Source: Octopus sinensis (Eukaryota). From it: a stretch of DNA of 8,995 nucleotides. The DNA is taken from contig NW_021828207.1 in the NCBI RefSeq assembly GCF_006345805.1, positions 1-8,995 on the forward strand. The letters are read 5' to 3'. Under the pieces are notes generated by a model. It made no database searches and was not told the origin of the DNA. It was given only the letters and a program-made list of their open reading frames with translations. Position numbers and translations under genes: made by a program. Shown in pieces: positions 1 through 8,045 of the stretch (the first letter of the stretch is position 1; each line of letters begins with the position of its first letter).

Positions 1-266
1 CCATAGCAGATGTTATCTCTGATCGATTACCACCGTAAGTGACCTATCAATGGTGTACAGACATTAAGTATAATACTTTAGTGCAGTTGTTCTCAACAAT
101 TTTTTTTCCTATGAACCCCCTTTGATTCCTATTCTATTCTACTGGATCCTCAAACATTCGATGTTTAAAAAATTCTATTATATATTTATGATTAAATATC
201 ACTAGAAATTGTATTTAAAGAACTTGTTAAAATATTTTGTATATTGTAGAAGTATAACCAGTTTAT

Positions 267-494
267 ACAGTTCTATATTTAAGAGATGAAAGATTATGTA
301 CATTATTTACATTATTTACATTTGACAGATATTTGTCCTCAATTTGTTTGTTGTTAACACAACGTTTCGGCTGATACACCCTCCAGCCTTCATCAGGTAT
401 CTTAGGGAAATTTCGAGCCTGAGTCCTCATTCCTAAGGTATTTTTCGATGTTGTCATTGTTGTTGTTGTTGTTGTTGTTATTCAGGTCACTGCC
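267..494 (-). mobile_element. 5'-truncated minus-strand copy of the hammerhead SINE with a 32-nt longer 3' end
   Basis: Reverse complement reads ggcagtgacctgaa, (AAC)n linker, accttaggaatgagg, hammerhead, aatgtaaataatgta, then an extra segment (267-298) absent from the plus copy. Confidence 0.85.
356..401 (-). ncRNA. Minimal type I hammerhead ribozyme motif
   Basis: Minus strand: GAUAC-CUGAUGA-A-GGCUG-gaggguguau-CAGCC-GAAA-CGUU-GUGUU. Helix I GAUAC/GUGUU (with G-U pairs), perfect 5-bp helix II, GUU cleavage triplet. Confidence 0.8.
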
Positions 495-504
495 GTGGAG
501 CATA

Positions 505-559
505 TAGCGTAGTGGTTAAGAGCGCGGGCTACAAGCCCCAAGATGCTGAGTTCGATTCC
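505..559 (+). promoter_or_regulatory. Internal RNA polymerase III type 2 promoter (A and B boxes)
   Basis: A box tagcgtagtgg (505-515) fits TRGCNNARYGG. B box gttcgattcc (550-559) fits GTTCRANNCC. Spacing is tRNA-like. Confidence 0.85.
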
Positions 560-571
560 AGGCAGTGACCT

Positions 572-665
572 GAAGAAGAAGAAGAAGAAGAAGAAGAAGA
601 AGAAGAAGAAGAAGAAGAAGAAGAAGAAGAAGAAGAAGAAGAAGAAGAAGAAGAAGAAGAAGAAG
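572..665 (+). repeat. (AAG)n microsatellite, about 31 units, inside the SINE linker
   Basis: Pure GAA/AAG run. Confidence 0.95.
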
Positions 666-703
666 ACCTTAGGAATGAGGACTCAGGTTCGAAATTTCCC
701 GAA

Positions 704-749
704 GACACCTGATGAAGGCTGGAGGTTATATCAGCCGAAACGTTGTGTT
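704..749 (+). ncRNA. Minimal type I hammerhead ribozyme motif
   Basis: GACAC(704-708)-CUGAUGA(709-715)-A-GGCUG(717-721)-loop-CAGCC(732-736)-GAAA(737-740)-CGUU(741-744)-GUGUU(745-749). Predicted cleavage after U744. Confidence 0.85.
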
Positions 750-1331
750 AACAACAAACAAGATGAGGAAAAACATCCGTCAAATGTAAATAATATAAAT
801 AATGTATAACCAGTTTATTGCAGATAAATTTTAACAACTAAAGCTTATATGGAGCCCCAATGGCCATTTGGCATTTTGTTGACAACCACTGCTTTAGTGT
901 TGAAATAATTTTAACACATAAAAGTAAAGGACATACTAAAGGATTTAAAATCACCGATGCCTTCGTCCCTCTACGATTTTAATCTCAAGTTCAAGTAATT
1001 AAGTGCTTTGTTCCAAGTAATTAAGTGTTTCACTGTTAAGATCTCCGTAAGAAGAGAGCAAACATGTTGAAAATCGAACCGAGCAACTGCACTCTACAAT
1101 ATCTGGATCGTGGTGAAAGGCATCATACAATACACAAGAGTATATTTTATCGGTTAGATGTCATAAAACCTTTGAAAACATACTTGTTTTTTTTTTTATA
1201 TGTATAGTTATATTCAGTATGGTTTCATTTGTTTACGATCGTATGGGCTACCATACCAAAATACTCCGTGTCCATGTCGTTCCAGATAACTGACGGCTAT
1301 GTATAGTTTAACTGCTGTTAATATTTGTGTA

Positions 1332-1578
1332 GTGGAGGCACGTGGCTTAGTGATCAGGGTGTCAGCATCATGATCGTAAGATTGTGGTTTCGATTTTTGA
1401 ACCGGGCGACGCGTTGTGTTCTTGAGCAAAACACTTCATTTCACGTTGCTCCAGTCCACTCAGCTGGCAAAAATGAGTAACGCTGTGATTGACTGGCGTT
1501 TCGTCCAGCTGGGGAACACATACGCCATAAAAACCGGGCCCATGAGCCTGGCTAGGCTTTAAAAGGGCGCATTTATTT
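1332..1578 (+). mobile_element. tRNA-derived SINE with CORE-like middle and Meta-domain-like 3' part
   Basis: A-box-like tggcttagtga (1343-1353), B-box-like ggtttcgatttt (1386-1397). gttgtgttcttgagcaaaacactt...cagctg...aaatgagta resembles the CORE domain. 1474-1570 is shared with the next element. Domain names are from recall. Confidence 0.75.
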
Positions 1579-1887
1579 GTGGAGGCGCAATGGCCCGGTG
1601 GTTAGGGCAGCGGACTCGCGGTCGGAAGATCGCGATTTCGATTCCCAGACCAGGCGTTGTGTGTGTTTATCGAGCGAAAACATCTAAAAGCTCTACGAGG
1701 CTCCGGCAGGGGTGGTGGCGACCCTGTTGTACTCTTTCGCAACAACTTTCTCTCACTCTCTCTTCCTGCATCTTGAGTAACGCTGCGATGGACTGGCATC
1801 CCGTCCAGCTAGGGGGAACACATACGCCACAGAAACCGGGAAACCAGGCCTATGAGCCTGGCTAGGCTTGAAAAGGACGGCGTTTAT
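1579..1887 (+). mobile_element. tRNA-derived SINE with the same 3' domain but a different middle
   Basis: A box tggcccggtgg (1591-1601), B-box-like gatttcgattcc (1634-1645). 1774-1879 aligns with 1474-1570 (gagtaacgctg...gactggc...cgtccagct...catacgcca...atgagcctggctaggctt). Confidence 0.75.
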
Positions 1888-1910
1888 CGTTTTAATATTT
1901 CTGTACAATT

Positions 1911-2049
1911 TTCAAACTCCTCCGAGGTCAGCCTTGCGTTTCATCCTTTCGGGGTTCGATTAAAATAAGTACCAGTTGAACACGAGGGTCGATGTATTCG
2001 ACTTACACCTATCCCAGAAATTGCTAGTCTTGTGCCAAAATTTGAGACA
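1911..2049 (+). mobile_element. 5'-truncated SINE, Nin/Deu-domain-like family
   Basis: Begins at a B-box remnant (ttcaaactcc). Contains tttcatcctttcgggg...taaaataagtaccag and aligns with 2067-2257. Flanked by a 17-bp direct repeat. Confidence 0.75.
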
Positions 2050-2066
2050 AATATTTCTGTACAATT

Positions 2067-2257
2067 GTAAGGCGGTCAGCTGGCAGAATTGTTAGCAGGC
2101 CAGGCTAAATGCTAAGCAGCATTTCGTTCGTCCTTACATTCTGAGTTCAAATTCTACCATGATTGGCTTTGCCTTTCGTCCTTTCGGAGTTGAACACTGG
2201 GTTCCATGTATCCAACTCACCCAGAATTGCTGGCCTTGTGTCAAAGTTTAAAATCCG
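2067..2257 (+). mobile_element. tRNA-derived SINE of the same family, head intact, internal deletion
   Basis: Head aaggcggtcagctggcagaattgttagc, B box gagttcaaattc, ctttgcctttcgtcctttcgg, 3' end gccttgtgtcaaagtt. Flanked by a 14-bp direct repeat. Confidence 0.8.
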
Positions 2258-2379
2258 TATTTCTGTACAATGGCACATCATAATTTATAGTTTTATGGCA
2301 TATTATGATGTGTAAAAGCGTTTCATAATGAAGATTGAACTTATTTATTATATTCCATAATACTGCATAAAGTATTTTT

Positions 2380-2523
2380 CCGGCATGGACAAACTTTTCG
2401 AGGCGCGGGCCGCATAAGTACAAAAGGCTCATACTTGCAGACAGCAATATATAATATTCGAGATAATTTTCCATTCAGCGTGCCATTCAGAAAATCCCGT
2501 GACCTGCAGATTGCCCATGACAG
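2380..2523. mobile_element. Possible short degenerate hAT-like MITE
   Basis: Ends ccggcatggacaaac and gattgcccatgacag match 11/15 as inverted repeats. The expected 8-bp TSD is not recovered (4/8). Confidence 0.35.
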
Positions 2524-2537
2524 GTTTAGATGCTATA

Positions 2538-2926
2538 CAGGAGCAGAGTGGCTGTGGGGTAAGTAGCTTGCTTATTAACCACATGGTCACGAGTTCAGTC
2601 CCACTGCGCGGCACCTTGGGCAAGTGTCTTCTACTATAGCCTCGGGTCGACCAAAGCCTTGTGAGTGGATTTGGTAGACGGAAACTGAAAGAAGCCCGTT
2701 GTGTGTGTGAGTGTGTATATGTGTGTATGTGTGTGTGTTGATTGTCCCTCAACATCGCTTGTGCTGGTGCGTTTACCTCCCCGTAATTTAGCAGTTCGGC
2801 AAAAGAGACTGATAGAATAATTACTAGGCTTACAAAGAATAAGTCCTGGGGTCGATTTTCTCGACTAAGGGTGGTGCTCCAGATTGGCCGCAGTCAAATG
2901 ACTGAAACAAATAAAAGAATAAAAGA
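2538..2926 (+). mobile_element. Full-length abundant octopus-type tRNA SINE with internal (GT)n and RTE-like 3' tail
   Basis: Head gagtggctgtggggtaagtagc, B box gagttcagtccc, CORE-like accttgggcaagtgtctt, (GT)n at about 2699-2738, end ggccgcagtcaaatgactgaaac followed by (aaaaga) repeats. Same head as 8968-8995. Confidence 0.85.
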
Positions 2927-2934
2927 CTATATTA

Positions 2935-3011
2935 GGTGTAATGGTCAGGGTGTTCTGCTTACGGTCATAAAATTGCTGGTTCAGTTCCTTGACCTGGCAA
3001 TGCACTGTTCT
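2935..3011 (+). mobile_element. Degenerate tRNA-like SINE head fragment
   Basis: ggtgtaatggtcagggtg followed by B-box-like ggttcagttcc (2978-2988). Confidence 0.45.
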
Positions 3012-3045
3012 TAATCACTATTGGAAGGCTATTCCGTCGGGAAGG

Positions 3046-3177
3046 TCACCCATTTACAGCTGAGTGGACTGGAGTAACGTGAAATGAAGAACACAACGAG
3101 CAACCGACCTGAGAATCGAAACCACAATTTCATGGTCGTGAGTACAGCACCCCCTAAGCACTAGGCCACGCACCTTC
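3046..3177 (-). mobile_element. Partial minus-strand copy of the SINE family at 1332-1578
   Basis: Reverse complement gaaggtgcgtggcctagtg...attgtggtttcgattc...gttgtgtt/cttcatttcacgttactccagtccactcagctg matches the 5' half of the 1332 element with a short deletion. Confidence 0.8.
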
Positions 3178-3235
3178 GTGTGTGTGCGTGTGCGCGCGCG
3201 CGCGTGTGTGTGTGGTGTGTGTTGCCTGTGTGCGT
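3178..3235. repeat. (GT)n/(GC)n microsatellite
   Basis: Direct inspection. Confidence 0.9.
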
Positions 3236-3257
3236 AAAGTTTATGAAGACTAATGTG

Positions 3258-3477
3258 TTTATCATTAGCATTATCTTACTCATCATACTCATCGTCGTCA
3301 TCATCATCGTCGTCATCATCGTCGTCGTCATCATCATCGTCGTCATCATCATCATCGTCGTCGACGTTATCATCATCATCATCGTCATCATCATCATCGT
3401 CATCGTCATCACCACCGTCGTCATCATCATCATCATCCCCATCATCATCGTCATCATCATTATCATCCTCATCTCCG

Positions 3478-3513
<36 letters not shown>

Positions 3514-3880
3514 CCATCATCATCATCATCATCATCATCCTCATCCTCATCATCATCCTCATCCCCATCGTCATCGTCATCACCACCGTCGTCATCATCA
3601 TCATCATCATCACCATCATCATCGTCATCATCATCATCATCATCATCATCTCTATCATCATCATCATCATCATCGTCATTATCCTCATCATTATCCTTAT
3701 CATCGTCATCATCATCATTATCGTCGTCGTCGTCGTCGTCATCATCATCACCATTATCATCATCATCATCATCATTATCGTCGTCGTCGTCGTCGTCATC
3801 ATCATCACCATTATCATCATCATCACCATCATCACCATCATCATCATCATCAACGTCATTACTAGTATCATTATTGTTAT
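3258..3880. repeat. Long imperfect (ATC)n trinucleotide array with GTC, CTC and ACC variants
   Basis: About 620 bp in one triplet phase. Accounts for the four overlapping homopolymeric ORFs. Confidence 0.95.
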
Positions 3881-4212
3881 TCACTTTGAAAGTAAACGAA
3901 TTTGAAAAGGAAAAGCCATCAGCCAAATACTGTTAATGCTATTTTCTGATTTCTTTAATATGAAGACATTTTTTTTTTTCAAAAATCATTTCCCCTTCCT
4001 ACATTCTTTCCTCCATTTTTTATTTTTGTTTGACTTTTCATCCATTTTTTTTTTCTTTTTCTCTGTTGTTGTTTTTTTTTTATTCAGTCTATCTTCCTTG
4101 CTTTTATTTATGTATTATTTAGTTGCTACGTAGCTTTTTTTCAAATCAACCATTGATATAAGGCAGAACTATTTAGAATTGATAATCCAATTGCAAAGCA
4201 AACTGAACGAAT

Positions 4213-4227
4213 AAAGAGAGAGAAGTA

Positions 4228-4270
<43 letters not shown>

Positions 4271-4400
4271 ACACGCAGAGAGAGAGAGACAGACAGACAC
4301 ATTAGAGACAGAGACAGACATATCAAAGAGAGGGGAAAAGACGGGGAAACTGTAATGCATAAAGTTGAAGAGAGGTAAAGAGAGAGAGAGAGAGAGATGT
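4213..4400. repeat. (AG)n-rich low-complexity tract
   Basis: Direct inspection. Confidence 0.85.
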
Positions 4401-4436
4401 AGAAAGAGTGAAAGAGGGAAACTGACAGAGGCGGTT

Positions 4437-4519
4437 TTATATATTTATATAGTATGTATATATGTGTGTATATATTATATTATATATACTATATATATAT
4501 GTATACATATATATAATAT

Positions 4520-4561
<42 letters not shown>

Positions 4562-4633
4562 TTAGAGAGAGAGGCAATATATATATATATATGTACATAT
4601 ACATATAAATACACAAGCACGCACATATATACA

Positions 4634-4679
<46 letters not shown>

Positions 4680-4745
4680 TATATACATACATACATACAT
4701 ACATACATACATACATACATACATAAAAACAGAGAAAGAGAGACA

Positions 4746-4776
<31 letters not shown>
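4437..4776. repeat. Compound (TA)n, (TACA)n and (AAAG)n microsatellites
   Basis: Direct inspection. Confidence 0.9.
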
Positions 4777-4777
<1 letters not shown>

Positions 4778-5585
4778 GGGTGAAAATGCTGAAAAAGAGG
4801 AAGTGTGAAAAAGAGCAAGATCGTTGAGAGTTCACTAAAGGAAGTGAGTAAGAAAGTTGTAGAGAGTAGAGTGATGGGGGGAACATGAAAGCAAGAGAGC
4901 GTGCGACAGATAATAAAAGAGTCTATTTTTAATAGCGACAAATGCTATTGAAAATTCTAGAAGATAAAACTTCATTTTAAGAAGTAATATAATAAACAAT
5001 TTTCTTTCCCTTTATTTTCAATGTCATTTTTAAAAGAGAGATTTTAAAATGATATTACCTGCCTTTGATCCCCTTCGGGGCCTTTTTACCCACATTTGCT
5101 TTTTATTTTATTTTTTTGCTTTTTTAGTTGTTTTTTTTTTATCTGATACTTTGATTTCGCTTATCATGTTTCATTTACCGCCTCCGTCCACCCATCCACT
5201 CAACCATCCAGCTCTCTACCCACGCATTTACCTGACTACATGTGTATCATCTACTAACTTTACATTTTAAACAATTTTAAACGGAAATTTTCGGTTTAAA
5301 TTTTTTTAATTTCCGTAGACAAAATTCAGGGGTTTTTGCCTGTTTTTTTTAAGTTCGTAGCAATCTCGTTTTAAGTAATTTGTTTACTAGTTTGTTTATT
5401 GTAAATCTTGGCGAGAGCGAGAGAGAGAGAGACTTTGGGTATTAGTTTATGAGTTTGTGTTAAAAATTGACAGTCATTTGGGCTTCCAAGAACTTTCCTA
5501 AAATGGTTAAACAAATGATAACTTAAAAAACATGATTCGTTTCTCATCAATATATATATGTGCGCGCATATGAACTCACACATAC

Positions 5586-5590
<5 letters not shown>

Positions 5591-5653
<63 letters not shown>

Positions 5654-5672
5654 ATATATATATAAAATATAT
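5591..5672. repeat. (TA)n microsatellite
   Basis: Direct inspection. Confidence 0.95.
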
Positions 5673-5718
5673 AAAATCAATAAATGGTGGGGTTGTGTTG
5701 ACCGCACGTGGAGAAATG

Positions 5719-5874
5719 ATAGGTAAGGAAAAATTATAAAAGCAAAATGCTAAATTAAAGAAAATTTTAATGAAAATGGGTGTATGGAAAATTTGGAAAT
5801 TTTCCATACCCCATTTTCATTAAAATTTTCTTTCAATTTAGCATTCTGCCTTTTTATAATTTTTCCTTACCTAT
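5719..5874. repeat. Near-perfect 156-bp palindrome
   Basis: Arms 5719-5794 and 5797-5874 are reverse complements apart from a few substitutions and 1-2 nt indels, with a 2-nt gg centre. Confidence 0.95.
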
Positions 5875-6068
5875 ATATATATTTTTTTCCTCTGTCTTCC
5901 CTTCTCGGGATCTCTCCTTCTCCTATGTTTCTGACGAAGAGCTTCGCTCGAAACGTTAAACCCTCCTTCTTCCCTTCTTTCCTGAGTGCCCAATAATACT
6001 TTATTTGTTCAACGTCCTCGCGTTGCTGTGTTTTTTTGTTTTTGTATTTTCTTGTTTGGATTAACTTT
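5875..6068 (+). mobile_element. Second hammerhead-bearing, Penelope-like repeat end, unrelated in sequence to the 267-803 family
   Basis: Pyrimidine-rich leader, hammerhead at 5927-5961, small hairpin caacg/cgttg (6010-6025), ends ggattaacttt before (TA)n. Boundaries approximate, no TSD seen. Confidence 0.55.
5927..5961 (+). ncRNA. Minimal type I hammerhead ribozyme motif
   Basis: GUUU(5927-5930)-CUGACGA(5931-5937)-A-GAGC-uuc-GCUC(5939-5949)-GAAA(5950-5953)-CGUU(5954-5957)-AAAC(5958-5961). Helices I and II fully Watson-Crick. Predicted cleavage after U5957. Confidence 0.85.
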
Positions 6069-6600
<532 letters not shown>

Positions 6601-6629
6601 TGTAAGTATGTATGAATGTTTATATGTAT

Positions 6630-7530
6630 CTAGCTTAAGGTGACCCGCTCTACGCGTGGGTAAGAATGTGGTTGTTACTTTCTGTTGCTTCTTTCTGTTT
6701 TATCACCACATTCTCCCTCTTTGTTTCTCTCTCCTTTCTCTCTCACTTTCCCACTCTCTTACTCTTCCTTTCTCTCGGACTCTCCCTCGCTTTCTCTTAC
6801 TCTCTATCTTTCTCTATATCTCTCTCTCCCATTTATAAACAATCTTGAGTAAGTTGAGAAAGAAAATATTTTGAAAGATAAATCATAAATATCAGGCAGT
6901 GACAACAGAAAGGTCTGCTTCAAGGCAGACAGCAAAACACTAACATTTAAAAGGGACAGACGAACTTGCGAGCTGAATAAAAAAATTTTTTAATATTGGA
7001 AACAAAAGTTTCAAGGGATAGAATCTGAGGATAGTAGAGTCACCATGGCTGGCATTTCTTAACGACGGACAGCAACGTAGTGGCAGTTTAACAGCTGGCG
7101 TAAAATTTTGAACTTGATGTAAAAGAAAATTCCTAAACACCAAGTTTTGAAACGATTCTTTCTCACGACAGTAGACTCACCATAGCAAGCATTCAAAACT
7201 TCTTCATCATGGACGGCAACACATTGACGATTTAAAGGCTGGTGCAAATTTTTTAGCTTGATGTAACAGAGAATTACTAAGCACCCGCTCCTGTAAATTT
7301 TAATCCCCTTCCAGCCCTATTTAGACCCCTTTTCACATTTTGGTTAATATAACCCGATTCCATTCGGGTCTACTCAGGCCACATTTGATAAGATGAGGAA
7401 TTTTGACATAGAGGTCACACCTTTCATTTGAGGAAAGAAATAGTTGCCATGCAAGCTCGCCGGCATTTTTAACATAGGTGTGCATATTTTCAGCTCAACC
7501 GACCACATAATGCGCACATTATATATATAT
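6630..7530 (-). mobile_element. Possible non-autonomous Helitron-type element
   Basis: On the minus strand a GC-rich imperfect hairpin (6643-6661) lies 9 nt before CTAG (6630-6633), the Helitron 3' signature. The far end (gtgtgcatattttcagctcaaccgacc...ttatatatat) resembles what I recall of invertebrate Helitron-N 5' regions. The A|T insertion site and 5' TC are not clean. Confidence 0.4.
7030..7285 (+). repeat. Diverged tandem duplication, period about 137-144 bp
   Basis: gatagtagagtcaccat (7030) vs gacagtagactcaccat (7167); cttgatgtaa at 7113 and 7257; ctaaacacc vs ctaagcacc. Confidence 0.75.
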
Positions 7531-7844
7531 TCTCTTTTTTTTTTCCTAATGCCTTAGAACCCCCTTGGAGTCAATATTCTGTCCAGCAGACCAAAAAAAT
7601 TCTTTCCTTCTTCTTCCCTCTCCCTTCCCCTCTTTCTCTTTAGCACTCACCCCAGATACAAACACACACACACACACCACACATGTTCTCTCTCTCACTT
7701 TCTCCTCATCCATCATCCTCTTGTACTGTCTTATATTCCTCCCCACCACTACGAAACTATAAAATGATCAAAATTCCCCACACAGGAACTTAGTTTGATT
7801 TGAAAACCCCACTAGAATGGGAGAAAGCGCTAATGATCTAAGTG

Positions 7845-8045
7845 ATATGATATATATATATAAAATTTAATATATAAATAAATATCTGTAAATATAAGCC
7901 ATCCGATCTTCTGAGTACTTTTTCTTCTAATATACATATATATAATTATATATATATATATATATATATATAAATACAGATATATACACTGTGTATATAT
8001 ACATTATATATACATATTTATATATAGAACACACACACATATATA
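7845..8045. repeat. (TA)-rich low-complexity tract
   Basis: Direct inspection. Confidence 0.85.

Larger units (their letters stand above)
267..803. mobile_element. Head-to-head inverted retro-insertion of a hammerhead-bearing tRNA-headed SINE, Penelope-like architecture
   Basis: 15-bp direct repeat gtataaccagtttat at 252-266 and 804-818 (TSD). Arms 299-439 and 666-806 are inverted copies with 11 mismatches in 141 nt by manual alignment. 481-494 and 561-574 form a perfect 14-bp inverted repeat around the tRNA head. Confidence 0.85.
498..803 (+). mobile_element. Plus-strand copy of the hammerhead SINE with full head: tRNA-like head, (AAG)n linker, hammerhead, AT-rich end
   Basis: A and B boxes at the 5' end, hammerhead core at 709-744, no run of four T inside the element (first TTTT at 829-832). 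Confidence 0.8.
84..891. mobile_element. Non-autonomous hAT-type DNA transposon (MITE), about 256 bp before interruption by the 267-803 insertion
   Basis: TIRs cagttgttctcaac (84-97) and gttgacaaccactg (878-891), 12/14 match as inverted repeats. Perfect 8-bp TSD ctttagtg at 76-83 and 892-899. An 8-bp TSD and CAG-starting TIRs are typical of hAT (Charlie-like) elements. Confidence 0.85.

Noticed and set aside
498-570. Functional tRNA gene
   Set aside because: No acceptor stem or 7-nt anticodon loop, and it continues into a SINE body.
570-576. CUGAAGA as another hammerhead core
   Set aside because: Followed only by the AAG run, with no helix II or GAAA-NUH arrangement.
267-803. Retrozyme-type circular RNA cut out by two hammerheads
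   Set aside because: The two ribozymes are on opposite strands. Circle formation needs tandem same-sense copies.
263-809. Two similar short ORFs (64 aa minus, 88 aa plus with poly-Lys) sharing PDEGWR..QPKRC
   Set aside because: They are translations of the two repeat arms. The shared peptide is the hammerhead core read in frame, and poly-K is the AAG run.
992-1027. 14-bp direct repeat caagtaattaagtg with 22-bp period
   Set aside because: Simple local duplication with nothing inserted between the copies.
1894-2271. CRISPR-like repeat-spacer pattern
   Set aside because: Eukaryotic context, repeats only 14-17 bp, spacers are long SINE copies, no cas genes.
3161-3936. Poly-Met, poly-Ile, poly-Ser and poly-Asp ORFs, including an Aspein-like acidic biomineralisation protein
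   Set aside because: All four overlap one (ATC)n array that lacks stops by construction. No signal peptide or non-repeat domain.
5281-5316. 9-bp inverted repeat acggaaatt/aatttccgt
   Set aside because: Short and AT-rich, compatible with chance, no supporting context.
7025-7031. CUGAGGA as another hammerhead core
   Set aside because: No helix II followed by GAAA downstream.
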